DNA of 64,000 nucleotides from Myxococcota bacterium (GCA_028278265.1 JANQET010000013.1:10681-74680); one strand, 5' to 3'; shown: positions 19,538 to 29,965, counted from the first letter of the stretch. A program made the numbers and translations. The notes: a model not told the origin generated them from the letters alone.

Positions 19538-20938
19538 ATGGAATCAAAGCAGTTTGATCGCCAATTTATCTGGGGTTGCGCAACGTCGGCTTTTCAAATC
19601 GAAGGGGGAGCGAGCGCAGATGGTCGAGGAGAGTCGATCTGGGATCGTTTTTCAAAGAAACCGGGCAACGTTGCCGAAGGGCATGACGGAGACGTGGCCT
19701 GTGATCACTACAATCGATATCGCGGCGATGTCGATTTGATGAAAGAGCTGGGGATGAAGGCCTACCGGTTTTCAATCTCCTGGCCGCGAATTTTGCCGGA
19801 CGGTCGTGGCGCGGTCAATGAAAAGGGACTCAGTTTCTACGACGAGCTGGTCGACGCGCTGCTAGAACGCGAGATCACGCCCTGGGTCACCTTGTATCAC
19901 TGGGATCTGCCCCAAATACTGGAAGACGAGGGCGGTTGGCCCAATCGCAAGACCGCCTATGCCTTTGCCGAGTACACCGAAGCGGTCAGCCGCCGGTTGG
20001 GAGATCGGGTGAAACACTGGATCACCCACAACGAACCTTGGTGCGCGAGCATCCTCGGCTACCAGACCGGCGAGCACGCGCCGGGGATCAAGGATTGGCC
20101 CAAGGCCTTGGCGGCCAGTCATCACCTCATGCTGTCCCACGGATTGAGCGTGGGTATTCTACGCCGCAATTCCCCCGATTCGCTCATCGGCATCACCAAT
20201 GCCCTGATGCACGTCCAGCCCGCTTCGGGAAGTTACGAGGATCGGGAGGCCTACCGGCATCTCGACGGCACGGTCAATCGCTGGTTCATGGATCCCCTGT
20301 ACCGCCGATGCTATCCCGCTGACATCGTGGCCGATCACCGGGAATCGGGATACATCTCCCGTGAGGGATTGTCGTTCGTCTATCCCGGGGACATGGATTT
20401 AATTGCCGCACCGATCGATTTTCTCGGGGTCAACTACTACTCGCGGCAAATCGCCCGCAGCACGGCGATTCCCGAATCGAAGAACGCGCCGCGCGATATT
20501 TTCGCCCTGCCGCCGGATCAGCGGACGGACATGGGTTGGGAGGTCTATCCCGACGGGTTGACCCGCGTGCTCGAGCGGGTTCATCGGGAGTACCGGCCCG
20601 GTCAAATCTACGTCACCGAAAACGGCGCTGCGTACGGAGAAAAGCCCGGTGCGGACGGGCGAGTACCCGATTCCCGCCGCTGTGTGTACCTGCGCGATCA
20701 CCTGCTCGCCGCCCATTCGGCCACCGAATCCGGGGTGCCCTTGCTCGGCTATTTCGTCTGGTCTTTACTGGACAATTTCGAGTGGGCGTTCGGCTATACC
20801 AAGCGGTTCGGCATTGTCTGGGTCGACTTCGAAACCCAACAGCGAACGATCAAAGACAGCGCCTACTGGTATCGCGAAGTCATCCGCAACAACGCAGTCT
20901 CCCTCAACGGCGCGTTCAACAACCCCAACCGGTACTAA
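19538..20938 (+). CDS. GH1 beta-glucosidase
   Basis: WGCATSAFQIEG, YRFSISWPRI, THNEPW (acid/base), VNYY, YVTENG (nucleophile) and WSLLDNFEWAFGY motifs. Confidence 0.96.
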   Translation: MESKQFDRQFIWGCATSAFQIEGGASADGRGESIWDRFSKKPGNVAEGHDGDVACDHYNRYRGDVDLMKELGMKAYRFSISWPRILPDGRGAVNEKGLSFYDELVDALLEREITPWVTLYHWDLPQILEDEGGWPNRKTAYAFAEYTEAVSRRLGDRVKHWITHNEPWCASILGYQTGEHAPGIKDWPKALAASHHLMLSHGLSVGILRRNSPDSLIGITNALMHVQPASGSYEDREAYRHLDGTVNRWFMDPLYRRCYPADIVADHRESGYISREGLSFVYPGDMDLIAAPIDFLGVNYYSRQIARSTAIPESKNAPRDIFALPPDQRTDMGWEVYPDGLTRVLERVHREYRPGQIYVTENGAAYGEKPGADGRVPDSRRCVYLRDHLLAAHSATESGVPLLGYFVWSLLDNFEWAFGYTKRFGIVWVDFETQQRTIKDSAYWYREVIRNNAVSLNGAFNNPNRY

Positions 20939-20939
20939 G

Positions 20940-21509
20940 TTACTCCTCAAAAAGCCAGGCCTCGACAGCACCGAGATCAACGGGGCCTGAACCGATCGTT
21001 TTTGCTTCGGTCGTCATGTAGATGTAGTCCACACCGGGGACCGGTTGGTATTGTCCTCCCCCTTCGACCATCAACGAAATGAGAATGTAGTAGTCTCCCG
21101 GATCGAGTTTGTCGACCGGGGGAACGGCCATTTTCATCGCCGCCATCGTTACCGAAAGCGGCTTGTCCACACCGATGTCCGGCGTTTCCACCGCCGGTGC
21201 GCCGATGCCGGCGGGCATCTGATCGGTGGTCATCTCCGTTAAAAACGCCATGTTGATCGTTGCCGGCGTAGCATCGAATGTGGCGGGCACACTGAGCAAC
21301 ACGGTGACGTCATGGCTATCGGCCGGGCTGGTATCGCTATCCGTATCGGTGTCGGTATCGGTGTCACTGTCCGTATCCGTATCCGTATCTGCATCAGCCC
21401 CCGAGTCGGGCTCCACGTCATCGTCATCGCCGCAGCCCATGGCCGATAGGCCGAAGAGCAACACCAGTACGAGTAATCCGTTGAGATTATTGGTCGTTAG
21501 TGGGCCCAT
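20940..21509 (-). CDS. Lipoprotein with Asp-Thr repeat linker and small beta-sandwich domain
   Basis: Lipobox AMGC followed by DDDD and (DT/DS)n; GGAGG-like RBS. Confidence 0.8.
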   Translation of the reverse strand: MGPLTTNNLNGLLVLVLLFGLSAMGCGDDDDVEPDSGADADTDTDTDSDTDTDTDTDSDTSPADSHDVTVLLSVPATFDATPATINMAFLTEMTTDQMPAGIGAPAVETPDIGVDKPLSVTMAAMKMAVPPVDKLDPGDYYILISLMVEGGGQYQPVPGVDYIYMTTEAKTIGSGPVDLGAVEAWLFEE

Positions 21510-21737
21510 TTCCCCCTCCTTTTTTAGCGGTGAACCCCGTTCTATTTTAGAATTACTGAAATTTATAGCAGAGATTCCCGCACGGGCCAGGCAGGGGGAT
21601 CGTTTTGTCGAATCGCCGGGGGAAATCGTCCATATTGCCCTCTCTTCACATTAATTAAAAAGCGGATCGGTCGTTATTAGTCAGCAGGTGGTGGGAATCC
21701 GGCTCGCGTCTATTGGGGATTGTCGTTGAGCAGAAAA

Positions 21738-22214
21738 ATGAACACAAACCGTCCGATTTCGTGGAGCACCTATGTGTTGCCCTGGATCGCTCTGTTGGCT
21801 CTCAGCTGCCAACCCGGAACCGCGGATCGGTGCGGCAGCGGCTTCGAGTGGTCCAAGGCGGACAACACCTGTTGGCCGATCGGCGACGACGAGGGTGGAG
21901 ATTCGGACACCCAGGAGATCGGGGACGGTGGTGTGGACACCGATGAGGGGGACGGTGGGGCGATTCCCGAGGGGATGGGGGAGAGCTGTTTCAACCACGA
22001 CGACTGCGATAAACCACCGGCAACCTATTGTCTCAAGGATATGGGCGCGGCCGAAGGCTACTGCACGATCGAGGACTGTACGACCGCTCCGGACAACTGT
22101 CCGGCAGACTACGCTTGTTGTGATTTCGTGATCGACGGCATTCCCAATTTCTGCGCCGACCCGGAGACCCTCGCCACCCTAAATGAAAACGGAATGTGTG
22201 AAAATGGCAGCTAG
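21738..22214 (+). CDS. Cys-rich acidic lipoprotein
   Basis: Lipobox ALSC and a multi-Cys domain (GESC..HDDC..YC..GYCTIEDC..CPADYACC..FC), typical of myxobacterial surface proteins. Confidence 0.8.
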   Translation: MNTNRPISWSTYVLPWIALLALSCQPGTADRCGSGFEWSKADNTCWPIGDDEGGDSDTQEIGDGGVDTDEGDGGAIPEGMGESCFNHDDCDKPPATYCLKDMGAAEGYCTIEDCTTAPDNCPADYACCDFVIDGIPNFCADPETLATLNENGMCENGS

Positions 22215-23694
22215 GTTCTGTCTCGGGTGTTTGTTGATCGTTTTGGGGGCGGCGCCGGCCGCAGCTCAGGATCAGTCCGACCCGGATCCGCCGCTGTCTG
22301 CCGCCACCGAGCCGAGCGGTCAATCGGACAACGAGCAACCACTGAGCGAGATCGAAGCACTGCGCCAAGAAATCCAAGCCCTGCGCGAGGAAAACAAAAA
22401 AGAGATCGAAGCGCTGCGCGAAGAGCACCAGCAAAAGCTCGATGCCTTTGCCGAGGAAAACGAGCTGCGGCACATGGAAATGGAAATGGAGTTGCTCTCG
22501 GGACTGGACGAGGAGATCGAAGAAAAATTTACGATTTACGGTTTTCTCGATTTTGTCTTTATGTGGACCTGGTTCCGCGAAGATAGCATTATCAACGGGC
22601 TGGCCTGGGATTCGCTCACGTTCGCCCTACCCCATGCCAATCTCTATTTTCGCAGCCAACTGACGTCGGATCTCTTCGTGCTAATGGAGCTGCGCTACAG
22701 CTTTCTCCCCCACGGCAATGAAGAGGAGTTCGAGATTGGCGGCATCCCCTATCGACGAACTGACAGTGAGGTCGAAATGCCGTTGCCCCACGAAAAATTT
22801 CGTCTGGGGGGCGTGGCCATTGAACGGGCGCATCTCACCTACCAACCCCTCGACTACCTGGGTTTTACCGCTGGGTATTTTTTGACCCCCTACGGCATTT
22901 GGAACGAAGATCACGCCAGCCCGATTCTCATTCCGATTCGCTATCCCTACATGCAGACCAAAGGCATCGTGCCGATGGCGCAACTGGGTGTTCAGATCTT
23001 CGGTCGGTTGCAGCCGCTCAAGCGCCACTATCTGGACTACGCCATCACCATCTCCAACGGTCGCGGACCGCTGGATACAGTCCACGATTTGGACAACAAC
23101 AAGGCCATCGGTTTGAAACTGAAGCTGTCCCATGAGGGGCAGTACGTCAGTGCTGCTTGGGGGGTGTACGGCTACTACGGGGAATACCGGGACCGCAAGA
23201 AACGGATCGTTTCGTTCAGCCCCCGGTTTGTCGTCGAGCAGGAGACCACTGAACACTATAGGGAGTATGTGGGTTCGGCAGACCTGCTGATCGAGGCGTT
23301 CGGCTTTCGCCTGCAAGGGGAGTATGTTCGCCGGTTGACCCAGTACATCGAACGCCCCTTGAGGGCGATGGAATACGGCGTGGGGTATCAACCGGACTAT
23401 GTCATCTGGGCTTGGTACGGTATCATCTATTGGGATTTGCCCCTGCGGGATCTATTGGGCACGGTGCGTCTGGGACCATTTTACGAACTGGAGTACAGCC
23501 ATTCGGATGTCACGGTTCCGGGGATGAAATCGACAACCCAGACCTGGGGTATCAACTTGCGCCCGTCCCCCTATGTCACGATCAAGTTGGAGGCGGCGTA
23601 CTTGCGTTCCACCGATATCGAAGAGCTGAGGGAAACAAACCGGGATTTCTTCGAGGCGCTGTTCATCGGTTCTCAATTGGCAGTGTCCTTTTGA
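22204..23694 (+). CDS. Outer-membrane porin-like beta-barrel with N-terminal coiled coil
   Basis: Signal peptide AAA-Q, EIEALRQEIQALREE coiled coil, GYFLTPYGIWN, DLDNNKAIG and C-terminal beta-signal QLAVSF. Confidence 0.8.
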   Translation: MAARFCLGCLLIVLGAAPAAAQDQSDPDPPLSAATEPSGQSDNEQPLSEIEALRQEIQALREENKKEIEALREEHQQKLDAFAEENELRHMEMEMELLSGLDEEIEEKFTIYGFLDFVFMWTWFREDSIINGLAWDSLTFALPHANLYFRSQLTSDLFVLMELRYSFLPHGNEEEFEIGGIPYRRTDSEVEMPLPHEKFRLGGVAIERAHLTYQPLDYLGFTAGYFLTPYGIWNEDHASPILIPIRYPYMQTKGIVPMAQLGVQIFGRLQPLKRHYLDYAITISNGRGPLDTVHDLDNNKAIGLKLKLSHEGQYVSAAWGVYGYYGEYRDRKKRIVSFSPRFVVEQETTEHYREYVGSADLLIEAFGFRLQGEYVRRLTQYIERPLRAMEYGVGYQPDYVIWAWYGIIYWDLPLRDLLGTVRLGPFYELEYSHSDVTVPGMKSTTQTWGINLRPSPYVTIKLEAAYLRSTDIEELRETNRDFFEALFIGSQLAVSF

Positions 23695-23742
23695 ACAACG
23701 ACGAGCAGAAATCGTCTCACATAGTAGGGTGTTGAGCAGTTA

Positions 23743-24210
23743 ATGGGATTCAATGACAAAAGACCGCGCTTCGGACGACTCGTTCCATTGGGTCTTTTTG
23801 TCGCAGTAGCGCTGAATCACCATCCGGCCCGTGCGGACAATCCCAACGACATTCTGATTGTCGTCAACACCAATGTCGGAGAAAATCAGATACCGATCGA
23901 CGTCGTGCGCGATATCTTTCTCAAACGGGTCCGACAATGGAAGGACACGGGCCGGCTAATCCCGATCAATCCAAAGAACGATTCACCCCTGCGCCGGGCC
24001 TTTCAGGCCGCGGTGCTCGAAATGGATCCGGCGCAGGAGACCCGGTACTGGCAGGAGCGAAAAATGCGTGCCGGTGACGTGCCGCCACCGTCATTGGGGT
24101 ACAACTTCAAAGCGGTGTTCAGAATCAAAGGAGCGATCTCCTATGTCTTCCGGCAGGACTACATCAAGGGGGTCTCCAAAATCGTGCTCGTCATTCCGGC
24201 GAAGCGGTAG
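23743..24210 (+). CDS. Small periplasmic PstS-like substrate-binding-fold protein
   Basis: Signal peptide ARA-D; ILIVVN..VRDIFL..W..F...VL..YW..GAISYV pattern of the single-lobe PBP family that usually follows such porins. Confidence 0.7.
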   Translation: MGFNDKRPRFGRLVPLGLFVAVALNHHPARADNPNDILIVVNTNVGENQIPIDVVRDIFLKRVRQWKDTGRLIPINPKNDSPLRRAFQAAVLEMDPAQETRYWQERKMRAGDVPPPSLGYNFKAVFRIKGAISYVFRQDYIKGVSKIVLVIPAKR

Positions 24211-24886
24211 CCGAACCGACCGAAAGCCAATCGGGAAACGCCGTTACCAACTCCACCTCAAAGATGTCGATAAAATGGGACTTGAGGTGCTCAATCGCGC
24301 GGGGCATCGAAATCGACGCACTCTGTTCTTGTTCCAGTGAGGTGACCCCCACCCCGTTGAGCCCACAGGGATTGATCCAGGAGAACGGTTGAAGATCCGT
24401 ATTCACATTGAACGAGAAACCGTGAAATGAAATTCCGCGGGTCACCGCGATACCGATGCTGCCCAGTTTGTTGTTGCCCACCCAAACACCGCGGTTTCGC
24501 TCGTCCCGCAGCGCCCTGACGTGAAAATCCCGCGCCGTGCGGAGCATCACCTCTTCGAGCCGGTCGACGAAATCGACCACCCTCAGGTGTCGCTCCTTGA
24601 GGCTGACAATGGGATAACCCACCAACTGGCCCGGCCCGTGGTAAGTGATGTTGCCCCCCCGTTCCACGTGCACGATGGGGATGCTCTTCTCGCGCAGAAA
24701 TGATTCGCTGACCACCAGGTTCTCCCGACCACCCCGGCGGCCGAGGGTGTAGACCGGTCTGTGCTCGAGCAGCAACAGAACGTCGTCGAGGGAGGGGTCT
24801 CTTTTTTTCTGTTCCACGATGCGTTTTTGCAGGTCGAGGGCTGCGGTGTATTCGACGGTGCTCAATTCGAGACAGTAAAACGTCAT
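24191..24886 (-). CDS. lipB: Octanoyltransferase LipB
   Basis: LLLLEHRPVYTLG, RGGNITYHGPGQLVGYPI, KLGSIG, HGF and INPCG motifs. TGATG coupling to the upstream gene. Confidence 0.96.
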   Translation of the reverse strand: MTFYCLELSTVEYTAALDLQKRIVEQKKRDPSLDDVLLLLEHRPVYTLGRRGGRENLVVSESFLREKSIPIVHVERGGNITYHGPGQLVGYPIVSLKERHLRVVDFVDRLEEVMLRTARDFHVRALRDERNRGVWVGNNKLGSIGIAVTRGISFHGFSFNVNTDLQPFSWINPCGLNGVGVTSLEQEQSASISMPRAIEHLKSHFIDIFEVELVTAFPDWLSVGSATASPE

Positions 24887-25716
24887 CAGGGCGAATCCTC
24901 GACGCCGGTCGGCGCTGGCACCCCATTGAGGAAATCGATCATGATTTGACAAAACAAGGAGGGATCCTCGGCGAGCAACGCATGTCCGTACCCCTCCAGG
25001 TGGCGATGCTTCCCCCCGAGCAGCAGGGCCAGTGCCGCGGCATCCCCTTTGTCGACCAGGGGGTCCTCATCGGTGGAGACGACCATCACCGGCACCCCTG
25101 CCCGGCGGGCTACTTCGGACAGGGGCTGGTAGGCCAGCATGGCGGTAAAATGGGCCTGCAGATAGCGGCCCACATTACGCTTGGCCGCTGCTTGTATCAT
25201 GCCTTCGAGCAGAGGGGCGTTGGTCTCCAGAAATCGCCGACCGAACACCACCGGGATGAACGCGCGAATCATTGCTTCGAGTCCCTTTTCTTCGATGATC
25301 GTCAGCCAGCGCCGCAGTTGGGTCCGAACCCTTGGGGGCAAAGCCGCGCCCATGCCGAACAGCAGCATCCCCCGCACCCGATCGCCGGCTATTGCAGCCA
25401 GCTGGACGGCCACGCCGGAGCCATGGCTGATGCCCACCAGGGAAACCCCGTCAAGGGAAAGGTGATCGAGGAGACCGACCAAATCATCCACATGGCGCCG
25501 CAAGGTCAGCTCGTCCCGTCCCAGGGTTGATTGTCCCTGTCCCCGAGCATCATAGGTCAACACCCGGTATTCGTCGGCCAGGCAATCGACCACGGGTTTC
25601 CAGTTGATCGTGGTTTGGGTGGTGCCGTTGAGCAGGACCACCGTTTTGGTGGAGGCCGATGGTCCATGGCATTTGTAGTAGATTCGACAGTCGTCGGTGG
25701 TGGTGAAAATTGCCAT
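24886..25716 (-). CDS. Alpha/beta-fold hydrolase
   Basis: YDARGQGQS, GISHG nucleophile elbow, EDP acid and GH catalytic His. Confidence 0.88.
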   Translation of the reverse strand: MAIFTTTDDCRIYYKCHGPSASTKTVVLLNGTTQTTINWKPVVDCLADEYRVLTYDARGQGQSTLGRDELTLRRHVDDLVGLLDHLSLDGVSLVGISHGSGVAVQLAAIAGDRVRGMLLFGMGAALPPRVRTQLRRWLTIIEEKGLEAMIRAFIPVVFGRRFLETNAPLLEGMIQAAAKRNVGRYLQAHFTAMLAYQPLSEVARRAGVPVMVVSTDEDPLVDKGDAAALALLLGGKHRHLEGYGHALLAEDPSLFCQIMIDFLNGVPAPTGVEDSP

Positions 25717-25730
25717 TGGCGGTCGCGATT

Positions 25731-27161
25731 CTAACCCCGCGGCCCGGCCCATTGGCCGCGCTCGATCGCGTCGAACACCTCGGTGCATTCCCGGTGGCCC
25801 AGCTTGAGCCGCTTGATCGCCACATCGATCAACTGGGCCAGGGGATCGTACATCTGTGACGTGCGCGGATAATAGGCCAACTCCGCGTCGGCCAGATCGT
25901 GCAGGGTCATCCCCCCCTGAATCGCCAGGGCGAGAAAGTTGATCCGCCAGGCCGCGCCGTCCGCACCAATCGCTTGAGCGCCGAGGAGTTTGTGGGTCTC
26001 CGTGTCCACCACCAATCGCAGGTGCACGTCCTCGGCATCGGGCATGTAATGGGGTTTGACCTCGCGGGTGGTGGAAATCGCCTTGGCCTTGTAGCCCAGC
26101 TCCTGGGCCACCTCGAGGGTGTAGCCCGTGGCCGCCACATCCAGCCGGCCCACGCCGGTGAGAAAGGTGTTCTGTACCCCCGGATAGGTCGTGTTCCCTC
26201 CGGCAGCGTTGACACCGGCGGTGCTCCCCTGCCGATAGGCCGAGGTGGCCAGCTGCATCGTCGCCGCCGTGCGGTCGATCCGCGAGTAGGATTGAATCAG
26301 ATCACCCACCGCGTAAACATCTTTGACAGAAGTTTCCATCCGATTGTTGACCACCACCAGATGGTTGTTCACCCGAGCGCCGATCTGCTCGGCCAGGGCA
26401 CTGTTGCCCCGCATCCCTACTGCCATTACCGCCAAATCACAGGGGATCTCCTCCCCGGCAATGGTCACCGATTCGACCTGTTCCGTGCCGTTGATGCTGT
26501 CGATCCCCTTGCCGAACAGCACGCGAATACCCAATCGCTCGAGCTCGCCGATGATGTGCTTGCCCATTTGGGGATCGAGGGTCTTGGGCAGGGGCGGTTC
26601 GGTGCGCTTGGTGATCGCCACGTCGAGCCCCCGCTCGCGCAACGCCACGGCGACCTCGAGCCCGATAGCCCCGCCGCCGACAACCACGGCGCTCTTCTTT
26701 TTCGAGGCCAGCGCCGCATCGAGCAGGGCCTGACTGTCATCGATATTCGAACAGAAGTGGACCCCCTTGCCCGTAAGCTCTCTGGCACCGGGTACCGGCA
26801 GATTGATCGGCGACGCCCCGTGGGACAAAATCAACGCGTCGTAGGGAAAGACCCGCTCGGTGTTGGTTTCGAGATTCATCGCGGTCACCGTTTTCTGGGT
26901 GGCGTCGATGGCGACCGCTTCGTGGCGCAAGCACTTGATCTGCCGGTCGCGCATGTCGGGAACCTCGTGCTTGAGCGCGTCGAAATTCTCCACGATGCCC
27001 TCGAGCACGAAGGGCAGCCCACAGGGAGAGAATTGGGCGTGGTCCCGTCTTTCGATAAAGGTGATGTGGCACTTGCGGTTGAAGCTCAGCGCTGCCTTGG
27101 AGGCGTACAGCCCTCCGGCACCCAGGCCGACGATGACGATTTTATGGGGTTGGTCTGACAT
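25731..27161 (-). CDS. FAD-dependent pyridine nucleotide-disulfide oxidoreductase, Nox/CoA-disulfide reductase type (single redox Cys)
   Basis: GLGAGG FAD motif, FSPCGLP redox Cys, GGGAIGLE NAD(P) motif, TSVKDVYAVGD and LLGAQAIG dimerisation domain. Lacks the CxxxxC of LpdA. Confidence 0.88.
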   Translation of the reverse strand: MSDQPHKIVIVGLGAGGLYASKAALSFNRKCHITFIERRDHAQFSPCGLPFVLEGIVENFDALKHEVPDMRDRQIKCLRHEAVAIDATQKTVTAMNLETNTERVFPYDALILSHGASPINLPVPGARELTGKGVHFCSNIDDSQALLDAALASKKKSAVVVGGGAIGLEVAVALRERGLDVAITKRTEPPLPKTLDPQMGKHIIGELERLGIRVLFGKGIDSINGTEQVESVTIAGEEIPCDLAVMAVGMRGNSALAEQIGARVNNHLVVVNNRMETSVKDVYAVGDLIQSYSRIDRTAATMQLATSAYRQGSTAGVNAAGGNTTYPGVQNTFLTGVGRLDVAATGYTLEVAQELGYKAKAISTTREVKPHYMPDAEDVHLRLVVDTETHKLLGAQAIGADGAAWRINFLALAIQGGMTLHDLADAELAYYPRTSQMYDPLAQLIDVAIKRLKLGHRECTEVFDAIERGQWAGPRG

Positions 27162-27179
27162 TTGGTTGGTTCCTTGTGT

Positions 27180-28637
27180 TTATCCGGCGAGGCACGGCTT
27201 TCTAGCGGCGGTAGTTTCGTCAAGACGGCGAACTACAGTGGCCTTCGGCGCTTGATGCAAGGCGTCGGGGTTCTCAGTTGCTTCTTGGGCCACCGCCTTG
27301 AACGCCGCGATGTACTGATCGAGCTCGTCCTTGGATTCGGACTCGGTCGGCTCGAACATGATCGCCCCTTCGACGACCAGGGGAAAGTACACCGTCGGCG
27401 GATGGTAGCCGTGGTCGATCAGGCGCTTGGCCATGTCCATCGTGGTGATGTGGTGCGGCTTTTGGTTTTTATCCGAAAAGATGCACTCGTGCATGCAGGG
27501 TCGATCGTAGGCTAGGTGCAGGGTGTCCCTGAGCTGCTCCTTGACGTAGTTGGCATTGAGCACCGCCAACTGACTGGTTTTCTTCAGGCCCGCCGCCCCC
27601 ATCATCCGCAGGTAGGCATAGGCCCGCAGCATCACGCCGAAGTGGCCGTAAAACGCGCCCAGCTTGCCGATCGAATCGGGCCTGTTCCAATCGAGGTCGA
27701 AGAGGTCGCCGGTTTTGGTGACCCGTGGGACGGGCAAATAAGGCTCGAGTTCCCGGGTCACACACACCGGCCCGGAGCCGGGACCGCCGCCCCCGTGGGG
27801 AGTGGAGAAGGTTTTGTGCAGATTGAGGTGCATCACGTCGATGCCCACCTTGCCCATCTGCACGATGCCCATCACTGCATTGAGATTGGCCCCGTCCCCG
27901 TAAACCAAGCCCCCCTTGGCGTGAATCAGCGCGGCGATTTGCTTGAGGTTCTCCTCGTACAGTCCGAGGGTGTTGGGATTGGTGACCATGATGCCGGCCA
28001 CGTCCTCATCCATCACCGCGGCGACCGATTCCACCGAGAGGATGCCGTTCTCGTCAGAAACCACCGGTATCGGCTCGTAGCCGCACAGCGCCACGCTGGC
28101 CGGATTGGTGCCGTGGGCGGTGTCCGGAATGAGGACCTTGGTGCGCTGACGTCCCTGCTTTTTGTGGTAGGCGTGGATCACCAGCATGCCGGTCATCTCG
28201 CCGTGGGCACCGGCCGCCGGCTGCAGGGTTACTGCATCTAGCCCGGTAATCTCGGCAAAGGCCTGCTCCAGAGTGTGCATGATCTCGAGCGCCCCTTGGG
28301 CCTTCTCGGTGGGGAGCAGGGGATGGGCCCCGGCAAAACCGGGCAGGGCCGCCTGTCGCTCGTTGGTCTTGGGATTGTACTTCATCGTGCACGAGCCCAA
28401 CGGATAGGTCCCCGTGTCCACCCCGTAGTTCCAGGTGGAAAGGCGCGTGTAGTGGCGGATTACATCGATTTCGCTCAACTCCGGTAGCTCGGGTCCCTCG
28501 CCGGTCAAGCTGTCGTCGAGGGGAGATTCCTCCACGTCGCGCTTGGGAATCGACATGCCGCATCGCCCGGGGCGGGATTTCTCCCAGAGCAGCTTCTCAC
28601 TGAGCACGAGCCCGGTGGTTCCCACTTTTTCTGTCAT
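27180..28637 (-). CDS. gcvPB: Glycine decarboxylase subunit 2
   Basis: YPLGSCTMKYNP, QPAAGAHGE, AHGTNPAS and HLNLHKTFSTPHGGGGPG (PLP lysine). Confidence 0.97.
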   Translation of the reverse strand: MTEKVGTTGLVLSEKLLWEKSRPGRCGMSIPKRDVEESPLDDSLTGEGPELPELSEIDVIRHYTRLSTWNYGVDTGTYPLGSCTMKYNPKTNERQAALPGFAGAHPLLPTEKAQGALEIMHTLEQAFAEITGLDAVTLQPAAGAHGEMTGMLVIHAYHKKQGRQRTKVLIPDTAHGTNPASVALCGYEPIPVVSDENGILSVESVAAVMDEDVAGIMVTNPNTLGLYEENLKQIAALIHAKGGLVYGDGANLNAVMGIVQMGKVGIDVMHLNLHKTFSTPHGGGGPGSGPVCVTRELEPYLPVPRVTKTGDLFDLDWNRPDSIGKLGAFYGHFGVMLRAYAYLRMMGAAGLKKTSQLAVLNANYVKEQLRDTLHLAYDRPCMHECIFSDKNQKPHHITTMDMAKRLIDHGYHPPTVYFPLVVEGAIMFEPTESESKDELDQYIAAFKAVAQEATENPDALHQAPKATVVRRLDETTAARKPCLAG

Positions 28638-29965
28638 GACAAAAGCTCCTTTGTAAGCGCGTCCAGGTCGTCCTTGGTCTTGGTCTCGGTGACGCAGACG
28701 AGGTAGCACCGGCTGAGCTCGGGATAGAATTTTTCCAGCGGTAGGCCGAGGACGATATTCTTGTCGAGCAGGCGCTGGTAAGCCGCCTCCTTGCCCGAAG
28801 GCAATTGGACCACGAACTCGTTGAAGGTGGGGCTGGAAAAGGGCACGGCGGCGCCGGCAGTGGTCAGCTTCCGTTTGAGGTATTCGGCCTTGTCGTGGTT
28901 GAGCCGGGCCAACTCTTTGATGCCCGCCTTTCCGATCGACGCCATGTACATCGCCGCCTGCACCGCACAGAGTCCCACGTTGGTGCAGATGTTGGAGGTC
29001 GCTTTCTCCCGGCGGATGTGCTGTTCCCGAGCGGAGAGGGTCAGCACGAAGCCGTCCTTGCCGTCCATGTCCTTGGCCCGGCCGACCAGGCGTCCCGGCA
29101 GGATGCGCATCAACTTTTTGGTCGCCCCGAGCATCCCCAGGTAGGGCCCGCCGAACGAGCGGGACACGCCGAGGCTCTGGCCTTCACCGGCCACCAGGTC
29201 CGCCCCCTGACTGCCCGGACTTTTCAACAGCCCGTATGCCAGCGCCTCACTGAACCCGGCGACGAAAAACGCCTTTTTGTCATGGGTCGCCTCGGCCGCC
29301 GCACCGAGATCCTCGATGCAACCGAAGAAGTTGGGGGACTGCACCCCGACCGCACCCAGGTCCTCGATCCCGGCCAACCCGGTCAGATCGGTGCGACCGT
29401 CCGGCAAATAAGGCAATTCCACGAGCTCGAACCCGGTGGGCTCGAAATAGGTGTGGATCACCTGGCGATAAAACGGGTGAATCGCCGCGCTGATCGCCAC
29501 CTTGTTCTTGCGCGATTTGCGCACCGCGATCAGCAACCCTTCGGCCATCGCAGTGGCCCCGTCATAGTGGGAGGCGGTGGAGACATCGGTGCCCATCAGC
29601 GCACAGGACATGGTCTGGTATTCGTAGATCGCCTGCAGGGTGCCCTGGCTCATCTCCGGTTGGTACGGGGTGTAGGAAGTGACGAACTCCGAGCGACTCA
29701 GGACAAAAGGCACCGAAGCGGGCACGTAGTGATCGTAGCTGCCCGCGCCGAGATAGGTTTTGACCCCCGGCCCGGTGGCCATCTTGGCGGCCAGTTGATC
29801 CATGTGATCGTTGAGCTCCCATTCGGTCAAGGCCTCGGGCAGGTCGAGCTCCTGGTTGATTTTCGAATCGTCGGGAATGGTCGGAAACAGATCATCGAGG
29901 CTCTTGACCCCAATCACCTCGAGCATCCGGGCGATCTCCTCATCGGTATGCGGTAGATATTGCAC
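28634..29965 (-). CDS. gcvPA: Glycine decarboxylase subunit 1
   Basis: YLPHT, SYTPYQPEMSQG and REQHIRREKATSNICTN motifs. Confidence 0.97.
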   Translation of the reverse strand: MQYLPHTDEEIARMLEVIGVKSLDDLFPTIPDDSKINQELDLPEALTEWELNDHMDQLAAKMATGPGVKTYLGAGSYDHYVPASVPFVLSRSEFVTSYTPYQPEMSQGTLQAIYEYQTMSCALMGTDVSTASHYDGATAMAEGLLIAVRKSRKNKVAISAAIHPFYRQVIHTYFEPTGFELVELPYLPDGRTDLTGLAGIEDLGAVGVQSPNFFGCIEDLGAAAEATHDKKAFFVAGFSEALAYGLLKSPGSQGADLVAGEGQSLGVSRSFGGPYLGMLGATKKLMRILPGRLVGRAKDMDGKDGFVLTLSAREQHIRREKATSNICTNVGLCAVQAAMYMASIGKAGIKELARLNHDKAEYLKRKLTTAGAAVPFSSPTFNEFVVQLPSGKEAAYQRLLDKNIVLGLPLEKFYPELSRCYLVCVTETKTKDDLDALTKELLS

